Origin: Pyrinomonadaceae bacterium
GTDB taxonomy: Bacteria; Acidobacteriota; Blastocatellia; Pyrinomonadales; Pyrinomonadaceae
NCBI GenBank assembly: GCA_036389375.1
Contig: DASVQA010000076.1
Coordinates: 2,669 to 66,668, forward strand
Direction of reading: 5' to 3'
DNA length: 64,000 nt
In this document: piece by piece, positions 56,416 to 64,000 of the stretch
How the letters are laid out: each line of letters starts with the position of its first letter
Position numbering within the stretch: position 1 is the first letter of the stretch
Notes under the pieces: generated by a model
What the model was told of the DNA's origin: nothing
Seen by the model: the letters and a program-made list of their open reading frames with translations, nothing else
Database searches by the model: none
Translations under genes and position numbers: made by a program

Positions 56416-57708
56416 ATGCTCGATCTAAACTACGTCCGCGAAAATTTGGCGCGCGTCCGCGCGGCGCTCGAAGCACGCGGCTTTCCAACTACGGCGCTCG
56501 ACGATTTCGCGCGCCTTGATGCCGAGCGTCGCCGCGCCATCTCCGAGTCCGACCGTCTGAACGCCGAGCGCAACACCGCGAGCCGCGAGATCGGCGCGCT
56601 GATGAAGGCAGGCCAAAGGGACGAGGCTGAGGTGCGTCGGCGCGCCGTCGGCGAGTTAAAGGAGCGCATCGCGGAACTCGACCGCGCGCGTGACGACGCC
56701 GAAGCGCGTATGCATGAATTGCTCTCGACCATCCCGAACGTGCAGCACGAGAGCGTGCCGGCCGGCGCGGACGAGACGGCGAACGTAGAGGTGCGGCGCT
56801 GGGGCCAAGCGCCCGCGTTCGACTTTGAGCCACAGGATCACGTCGATCTCGGTACGCAACTCGGCATACTCGATCTCGAACGCGCCGCCAAGATCGCCAG
56901 CGCGCGCTTTGCCATCCTCAAGGGCGCGGGTGCGCGGCTCGAACGCGCGCTCATCAACTTCATGCTCGACGTACATACGAGCGAGCACGGCTACGAAGAG
57001 ACGCTGCCGCCCTTCATCGTCAACGCAAACTCGCTTTTCGGCACGGCGCAACTACCGAAGTTCGAGGCCGACCTGTTCAAGCTGACGGACGAGCGCGGTC
57101 TCTATCTGATCCCGACGGCCGAAGTGCCCGTCACGAACATCTACCGCGAAGAGATTCTGGACGAGGCGCAACTGCCGATGAAGTTCGTCGCCTACACGCC
57201 CTGCTTCCGCTCCGAGGCGGGCAGCTACGGGCGCGACACGCGCGGCGTCATCCGCCAGCATCAATTCGACAAGGTCGAGTTGGTAAAACTCGCGCGCCCC
57301 GAAGATTCTTATGCGGAGTTGGAATCCTTAACGCGCAACGCGGAGACCGTCTTGCAGCGGCTGGGGCTGCACTACCGCGTCGTCACGCTCTCGACCGGCG
57401 ACATGGGTTTTGCGTCCGCGAAGACCTACGACATAGAGGTGTGGCTGCCGTCGCAGCAGGCGTTCCGTGAAATCTCCTCGTGCTCAAACTTCGAGTCGTT
57501 TCAGGCACGGCGCGCGCAGATACGTTTTCGCCGCGCGGCGGGCGGCAAGCCCGAATACGTCCACACGCTCAACGGCTCTGCGCTTGCCGTCGGGCGCACG
57601 TGGCTCGCCATCCTTGAGAACTATCAACAGGCGGACGGCTCGGTCGTCATCCCCGAAGCTTTGCGCCCCTACATGGGCGGGCTGGAGAAGATAGAAGGCA
57701 GTAAATAG
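56416..57708 (+). CDS. serS: Seryl-tRNA synthetase
   Basis: [12 protein letters not shown]-terminal coiled coil; class II motifs ...[21 protein letters not shown]..., [14 protein letters not shown]. Confidence 0.97.
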   Translation: MLDLNYVRENLARVRAALEARGFPTTALDDFARLDAERRRAISESDRLNAERNTASREIGALMKAGQRDEAEVRRRAVGELKERIAELDRARDDAEARMHELLSTIPNVQHESVPAGADETANVEVRRWGQAPAFDFEPQDHVDLGTQLGILDLERAAKIASARFAILKGAGARLERALINFMLDVHTSEHGYEETLPPFIVNANSLFGTAQLPKFEADLFKLTDERGLYLIPTAEVPVTNIYREEILDEAQLPMKFVAYTPCFRSEAGSYGRDTRGVIRQHQFDKVELVKLARPEDSYAELESLTRNAETVLQRLGLHYRVVTLSTGDMGFASAKTYDIEVWLPSQQAFREISSCSNFESFQARRAQIRFRRAAGGKPEYVHTLNGSALAVGRTWLAILENYQQADGSVVIPEALRPYMGGLEKIEGSK

Positions 57709-57791
57709 AGATCAAAAGGCGATCAGTTGCAGCAGGAGCGCGGGTTACGCTCCGTGCAATTGATCGCCTTTACTGTTTAACTGCTGACAGC

Positions 57792-59600
57792 CTACTTGAT
57801 TTCAATGTCGAACGGCAGCATCGCCATGATCTCGCCGCGCTGCATGCGGTCGAGGATGGCGGCGTAGCGCAACGTGCGGCGCACGTCCGCCGGCAGGGCC
57901 GCGACAAGAGCGCGTTGCTGTGCATCGTTGACGCTGGCGCGGGCGCTGTCATCGTCGTCGTTGCTGAAGAACTGGCCTAAGAAGGTGCGCGGCGCGGGGA
58001 AGACGACGCGGCGCACGCCCCGGTCGGCGGGAATGCTGGCCAACTGCTTGGCCACTTCGATGGCGCGATCCATGCCGCCGAACTCGTCCACGAGGCCATT
58101 CTCTTTCGCCTGCGCGCCCATCCAGACGCGCCCCTGCGCGATGGAGTTGACGTATTCGGCGTCGCGCTTGCGCCCCTGCGCCACCTTCGGCACGAAGTCG
58201 TCCCAGTAGAAGCTGTTGAGCATCGCCTTGAACTTCACGCGCTCCTCGTCCGTGAACTTCTCCGTCTCGCGGAACAGCCCGGCGTTCTTGCTCGTCAGGA
58301 CGTACTCGTTGTTGACGCCGATCCAGTCGTAGAAACCTTTCAGGACGGGCTTGCCGGCGAAGACGCCGATTGAGCCGGTTAGCGTCGAAGGCTGCGCGAC
58401 GATGCGGTTTGCGCCCATCGCAATGTAGTAGCCGCCTGACGCTGCGAGATCGCTCATCGAGACGACGACCGGCTTCTTCTGCTTCGCCGCTTCGACCGCG
58501 TGCCAGATAATGTCGGACGCGTAGCTCGTCCCGCCCGGACTATCCACCCTGAGCACAATCGCCTTGATGCTCTTATCGTCGCGCGCGTCGTTCAACGCTT
58601 TAACGACCGTGTCGGAGCCGACGACGCGCTCGCCGAACGTGCCGCCATCGCTCGAAGTGCCCGAAGAGATCGCGCCTGAGGCGTAAATGATTGCGATGCG
58701 CTCGCCCTCGTTCAGCCCCAGCGATTCGAGTGTGACGCGACGATAATCCGCCGCTTTGACCAGCCGCAGTTTGTCGTCGTCCTTGTAGCCGAGCCGCTTC
58801 TTCAGTTCCTGCTCGACTTCGTCGCGGTACTTCGCATCGTCAATCAAGCCGAACTTCTGCGCCTCGGCGGCGCTGACCGGCGCGTTGTCAATGATGGCCT
58901 TCACGTCATCCACAGACTTGTGCCGCGCGCTCGCAATCGCGCCCACGTAGCGCGTGAAGATGTCGTCGAGCATGGACTTGAGCACCTCGCGGTGCTCCGG
59001 CGTCATCTCTTTGTTCGTGTACTGCTCCGGCGCGCTCTTGTATTTGCCCACGCGCTCGAAATCGGGATAGACGCCGAGCTTATCGAGCGAGCCGCGCAAA
59101 GACATCACGTCGGCCGCGAGACCGACGATGAACAGATCGCCGATGGGCGGGATGTAGATGCGGTCGCACGCGGTCGCAATGTAATACTCCTTGTTCGTGC
59201 CATACTCCATATAGGCATAGACGGGCTTGCCCGACGTGCGAAAGTCCGCGAGCGCGTCGCGTATCTCGTCGGCCTTGGCCCAGCCCGCCATCGTCAGATC
59301 AATCTCAAGCAGAATGGCGCTGATGCGTTTGTCAGCTTTCGCTTTTCTGATCTGCGTGAGGAAACTGGTGAGCGAGCGGTCGTCGCGGCCGAGGAAACGA
59401 CTGGCGACCGGGTCTTCCGGCGCGTAATCCGGCAGCGTGCCTTCGAGCTTCAGGACGAGCACGCTGTTGCTCGCCAACGCCGGCTCGTTATCGCGTAGCG
59501 ACCAGAAGAGTAGCCCCACGACCAGCGCGACGACGAGGCCGATGGCGAGCACGATGCTGCCCACGACGAGTACGACTTTACCTGCGCGTGTGATTGCCAT
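57792..59600 (-). CDS. sppA: Signal peptide peptidase SppA (67K type, duplicated domain)
   Basis: N-terminal TM and two ClpP/crotonase-like halves. ...VVVSMSDLAASGGYYIAMGANRIVAQPSTLTGSIGV.... Confidence 0.9.
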   Translation of the reverse strand: MAITRAGKVVLVVGSIVLAIGLVVALVVGLLFWSLRDNEPALASNSVLVLKLEGTLPDYAPEDPVASRFLGRDDRSLTSFLTQIRKAKADKRISAILLEIDLTMAGWAKADEIRDALADFRTSGKPVYAYMEYGTNKEYYIATACDRIYIPPIGDLFIVGLAADVMSLRGSLDKLGVYPDFERVGKYKSAPEQYTNKEMTPEHREVLKSMLDDIFTRYVGAIASARHKSVDDVKAIIDNAPVSAAEAQKFGLIDDAKYRDEVEQELKKRLGYKDDDKLRLVKAADYRRVTLESLGLNEGERIAIIYASGAISSGTSSDGGTFGERVVGSDTVVKALNDARDDKSIKAIVLRVDSPGGTSYASDIIWHAVEAAKQKKPVVVSMSDLAASGGYYIAMGANRIVAQPSTLTGSIGVFAGKPVLKGFYDWIGVNNEYVLTSKNAGLFRETEKFTDEERVKFKAMLNSFYWDDFVPKVAQGRKRDAEYVNSIAQGRVWMGAQAKENGLVDEFGGMDRAIEVAKQLASIPADRGVRRVVFPAPRTFLGQFFSNDDDDSARASVNDAQQRALVAALPADVRRTLRYAAILDRMQRGEIMAMLPFDIEIK

Positions 59601-59751
59601 AACTTAAAAATTCAACCTCAACTAAAAAAACTCGCGTCGCGCCCAAGCACGCCGCAAAGTCGTATCTGTTTACGTGCCGCGCACGGAAAAGTTTATGCGA
59701 GCAGCAAGCAGCAGCCGGCAGTTAAAACAAACAGCCTTGCTCTTTAACCTT

Positions 59752-60870
59752 CTACTGTCGGCTGTTTTTCGCAATCCAGCCGCCGCCCAAAACTTCGTCG
59801 CCGCGATAAAAGACGGTCGCCTGTCCGGGCGTGATGGCGCGCTGTGGTTCGTCGAACCGCACGCGCGCGCGTTCGTCGTCGAGCATCTCAATCGTGGCGG
59901 GCGCGGGCACGTGGCGATAACGCACGCGCACCTCTGCGCGCACGGGCGCGGCCGGTTTGTCGTATGCGAGCCAGTTGACCCCGCGTGCGATAAACTCGCG
60001 GTCGAGTAACTCGGCATCTTCGCCGACGACGACGCGATTGCGCTGCGCGTCAATCTGCACGACGTAGAGCGGGCGCTCGTTCGTGAGGCGCAAGCCGCGC
60101 CGCTGCCCGACCGTGTAGCGATGCACCCCGGTGTGCGCGCCCAGATGTTCGCCGCGCGTGTTCACGATCTCGCCGGCGGGCGGCGTACTTGTCGCTCTGC
60201 CTTCAGCCGCGAGATAACGATCAATAAAGCTCGCGTAGTCGCCGTCGGGCACAAAACATATCTCCTGCGATTCGGCCTTTTCGGCGACCGGCAGCGCGTG
60301 GCGGCGGGCGGCGGCGCGGGCATCCTCTTTCACGAGCGCACCGAGCGGAAACAGGGAGCGTGATAACTGTGCCTGCGTCATCTCCCACAGAAAGTAGGAT
60401 TGATCTTTGCGCGCGTCCAGCCCGCGCAGCAGGCGATAACGATGCGCGCCTTCGTCAAATTCCACGCGCGCGTAATGACCCGTCGCCACCTTCGCGCAAC
60501 CCAGACTCTGCGCCAAACGATCTAATGCCGCGAACTTCAGCCGGCTGTTGCACGCAACACAAGGGATCGGCGTCTCGCCGTTCAAATAGCTTGCGACGAA
60601 CGGCTCGACCACGTCGCGCTCGAATTCGCGTTCAAGATTCAGGACGTAGAAGGGAAAGCCCAAGTCTGCCGCCACGCGCCGTGCATCGTACACGTCGTCC
60701 AATGAACAGCAGCGGCTCGGCAAAGGCTCGCCGTTTTCATCCACGCTCAGCCCGCGTCGTTGATTCCACAACTGCATGGTGAAGCCGACGAGGTCGTGCC
60801 CCTGCTCCTTGAGCAGCGCGGCCGCCGCCGAAGAATCAACGCCGCCGCTCATAGCTACTGCAATCTTCAT
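59752..60870 (-). CDS. mnmA: tRNA 2-thiouridine(34) synthase
   Basis: [20 protein letters not shown]... PP-loop; ...CNS.LKF..L...A..LG....ATGHYAR...D..KDQSYFL. ATG at rc 60868-60870 preferred over the track start. Confidence 0.93.
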   Translation of the reverse strand: MKIAVAMSGGVDSSAAAALLKEQGHDLVGFTMQLWNQRRGLSVDENGEPLPSRCCSLDDVYDARRVAADLGFPFYVLNLEREFERDVVEPFVASYLNGETPIPCVACNSRLKFAALDRLAQSLGCAKVATGHYARVEFDEGAHRYRLLRGLDARKDQSYFLWEMTQAQLSRSLFPLGALVKEDARAAARRHALPVAEKAESQEICFVPDGDYASFIDRYLAAEGRATSTPPAGEIVNTRGEHLGAHTGVHRYTVGQRRGLRLTNERPLYVVQIDAQRNRVVVGEDAELLDREFIARGVNWLAYDKPAAPVRAEVRVRYRHVPAPATIEMLDDERARVRFDEPQRAITPGQATVFYRGDEVLGGGWIAKNSRQ

Positions 60871-61081
60871 CGCCGCGAAATTCCCATCTAAACCGCTAAT
60901 TTGCCGCCCTTTCAAAGCGGATGCTAAGATGCTCGCACGGATGAAAATCTGCGCGGCAGTTAACAGTTAAGGATAACCCGAAACGGCGCGAATCGTCAGC
61001 CGGCCGAAGCCATAGGGGAACTCTCGCCCGCGCTGGGTGTGAACCTGCGAAGCTGAACCGAGACGCGAAATCTATTAGCCC

Positions 61082-61888
<807 letters not shown>

Positions 61889-61942
61889 TCAAGCCAATAA
61901 TTATTCATCATGCTCGTATCAAGAATCTGTTAGGAGAAACCG

Positions 61943-62392
61943 ATGAAACGTAAAGCTTCCGCCATGTGGCAGGGCGGTTTGAAGGATGGCAAGGGCACGA
62001 TCTCGACCGCGAGCGGTGTGCTTGATAACACGCAGTATTCGTTCAGCACGCGGTTTGAAGATGGCATCGGCACGAACCCCGAAGAGTTGATCGCGGCGGC
62101 GCATGCGGGCTGCTTTTCAATGGCGCTGTCGGGGCAACTCGGCAATGCGGGGCTAACTGCCGAGAGCATCAACACGACGGCGACGGTCACTTTGGAGAAG
62201 ACGGACGCGGGGTTTACCGTCACTAAAGTTCATCTGGATGTGACGGCGCGGATTCCCGGCGCGGAGCAGTCGGCGTTCGAAACGGCGGCGAATAACGCGA
62301 AGGCCGGTTGTCCGATCTCGCGCCTGTTGAAGGCCGAGATCACGATGGACGCGAAGCTCGATACCTCAGGTGGCGGAGGCGAAATGTCGTGA
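61943..62392 (+). CDS. osmC: OsmC-family peroxiredoxin
   Basis: ASAMWQGGLKDGKGTIS...TNPEELIAAAHAGCFSMAL...AKAGCPISRLL. Confidence 0.9.
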   Translation: MKRKASAMWQGGLKDGKGTISTASGVLDNTQYSFSTRFEDGIGTNPEELIAAAHAGCFSMALSGQLGNAGLTAESINTTATVTLEKTDAGFTVTKVHLDVTARIPGAEQSAFETAANNAKAGCPISRLLKAEITMDAKLDTSGGGGEMS

Positions 62393-62958
62393 ACGACCCG
62401 CTTGGGCAACATTATCTGGCCGATGCGCTCAAGGTCTTCCGCACGTACAAGGAACTCGGCGAGCGCGCCATCGCGCAGGCGCGTGATGAAGACCTGTTCG
62501 TTACGCTCGACCCGGAGGCGAACAGCATTGCGCTCGTGGTCAAACACATGTGGGGCAACATGCGCTCGCGTTGGACGGATTTCCTCACCAGCGACGGCGA
62601 GAAACCGGATCGCAACCGCGACACGGAGTTTGTGCAGGACGAGGGCTTGACGCGCGCCGACGTGCTGCATTGGTGGGCGGACGGCTGGCAATTGGTGTTC
62701 GATGCGGTCGAGCCGCTCGACGCGGCAGATTTAGCGCGCACGGTCACGATTCGCGGCGTGCCGCACACGGTCATGCAGGCGATCAACCGGCAACTGGCGC
62801 ACTACGCGTACCACGTCGGGCAGATCGTCTTTCTGGCGAAGCATTTCCGATCAAGCGAGTGGCAATCGCTCAGCATCCCGCGCGGGCAGTCGGCCACAGT
62901 TAATGAACAACTGCGCGCCGAGCAGCAAGCAGCTAAGCAGTCTGATGAGCGAGCATGA
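62389..62958 (+). CDS. DinB-superfamily (DUF1572-like) protein
   Basis: GTG 62389 overlaps the osmC stop (GTGA) after GGAGG. ...NSIALVVKHMWGNMRSRWTDFLTSDGEKPDRNRD.EF...INRQLAHYAYHVGQIVFLAKH. Confidence 0.7.
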   Translation: MNDPLGQHYLADALKVFRTYKELGERAIAQARDEDLFVTLDPEANSIALVVKHMWGNMRSRWTDFLTSDGEKPDRNRDTEFVQDEGLTRADVLHWWADGWQLVFDAVEPLDAADLARTVTIRGVPHTVMQAINRQLAHYAYHVGQIVFLAKHFRSSEWQSLSIPRGQSATVNEQLRAEQQAAKQSDERA

Positions 62959-64000
62959 GCGCAAAAGCAGCGGCGCTGAGCGCGCAGCGGCGACGGACGC
63001 GGACGTAACGTCGACGGATGCCGACGTGCAAGCAAGCGACGAGGCGCGTGTCCTTGACGATGAGGCCTGGCGCGAGCGTCTGCGCGCAACGGGCGGGGCG
63101 GGCGAGCGGCGCGGCTTCGCTACGCTCGCGCGCGAGTTGAGCCAGTTGCCGGCTGATCGGGCGCGGGCGACGCTTGAGACGAGCGCCGCGTTGGCGGCTG
63201 TGAGTCTGCGCGTGAGCCGCGAGTTTTTGCGGGCTGCGCCACAGGCGGCACGCGTGCTCTCGGGCGAAGAGTTGCGCGCGTGGGGCGAGTTGGGGCGGCG
63301 TCTGGCGATGGCCGACGCGGAGACGGGCGCGGGCTTCTTCGGCGCGGGCGTGGCGGACTTGCGCGCCGTCCCGTCGGCTGCGCGCATGCTGCTCTTTCAG
63401 GTCTGCACGCGCCAACTGGGGCTATCCACTTCCGTCGCCACCGAGACTTTCCGCCGCGCCCCGACCATCGCGGCGGCGGTGGACGATGCGGCGCTGCTGG
63501 CGGCCGTCTTCACCGTCACCGTCGAGATTGCGCGCCGCTCCGCCACGCACAGCGCAGACTTCCTCAACGCCACGCCGCGCGTCTTCGCACATCTCGCCAG
63601 CTTCGGGGCTGACAAAGCCGCGGTTGCGCAGGCGGCGCTCGCCGCCGCAGCAGCCTTCGCGGCGCGTGCGGGCGGCGTGGCGTCCGACCTGTGGGCGGCG
63701 CTGCCGGCGGCGACCGATAAATTGAACGCTGAACAGGCATGCGCGCTGTTTGGTGCGAGCGAAGCGTTTCTGGAACGCGGCGGCGCGGCGGCGTTGCACG
63801 TGTTCGCGGCGGGCGGCGAAGTGCTGCGGCTCGCGCCGGAGTTGTTCGCCGCGTGGCTCGAACTGCTGCACACGGTCGCGGCGCAGGGGAACGCGGCGCT
63901 GGTCGCGCTCGCGCGCACGAGTCCCGGCATCTTTCACGGGGTGGCGGCGGCACTCGCCAGCCGCACGCAATTCGGCGCGCTCATGCGGCGCGTGCTGGCG
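62945..64000 (+). CDS. N-terminal part of a probable CbbO/NorD-like (VWA-containing) partner of the CbbQ/NorQ ATPase; runs off the window
   Basis: Absent from the ORF track because it has no stop. Manual translation from ATG 62945 is open to 64000: MSEHERKSSG...RGFATLARELSQLPADRARATLETSAALAAVSLRVSREFLRAAPQAA.... Ala/Leu-rich helical repeats resemble NorD/CbbO N-terminal regions. The diagnostic VWA domain would lie beyond the window. Confidence 0.45.
   Translation, partial: MSEHERKSSGAERAAATDADVTSTDADVQASDEARVLDDEAWRERLRATGGAGERRGFATLARELSQLPADRARATLETSAALAAVSLRVSREFLRAAPQAARVLSGEELRAWGELGRRLAMADAETGAGFFGAGVADLRAVPSAARMLLFQVCTRQLGLSTSVATETFRRAPTIAAAVDDAALLAAVFTVTVEIARRSATHSADFLNATPRVFAHLASFGADKAAVAQAALAAAAAFAARAGGVASDLWAALPAATDKLNAEQACALFGASEAFLERGGAAALHVFAAGGEVLRLAPELFAAWLELLHTVAAQGNAALVALARTSPGIFHGVAAALASRTQFGALMRRVLA

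Overview
High-GC bacterial chromosomal segment, about 65 protein genes. The palindromic GGTCAGA-type repeats and gene content fit Acidobacteriota or a similar lineage, but I cannot verify that. Most genes are housekeeping or envelope functions: catalase with a Fur/PerR-like regulator, cell-wall enzymes, acyl-CoA dehydrogenase plus a fused 2-oxoacid dehydrogenase E1, an M16 peptidase pair, a Ser/Thr kinase, ispH, rpoZ, secA, fabG, galU, serS, sppA and mnmA. I recognised no rRNA, tRNA, CRISPR array, transposase or integrase.

The most unusual region is about 19.15-23.1 kb. Directly after a terminator the sequence turns visibly AT-richer. It carries short, same-strand, unrelated ORFs separated by imperfect palindromes bounded by RYYYAAC...GTTRRRY-type boxes, which is the attC architecture of integron gene cassettes. 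No integron integrase lies within the 64 kb, so it looks like a CALIN-like array. Its crossover boxes look decayed.

Other points worth a second look:
- a shared PerR/Fur-box-like operator upstream of both the regulator and the catalase;
- a reversed-order HicB-HicA pair wedged between the acyl-CoA dehydrogenase/TPR genes and the E1 gene;
- two copies of a heptad-based palindromic element;
- an AT-rich orphan promoter/terminator interval that may encode an sRNA;
- a B12-binding radical SAM gene with a long leader, near a lipid desaturase;
- a CbbQ/NorQ ATPase separated from its NorD/CbbO-like partner by osmC and a DinB-like gene.

All coordinates were hand-counted and start codons were chosen by eye, so expect errors of a few nt or alternative starts. 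No homology search was possible; family calls rest on recognisable motifs.
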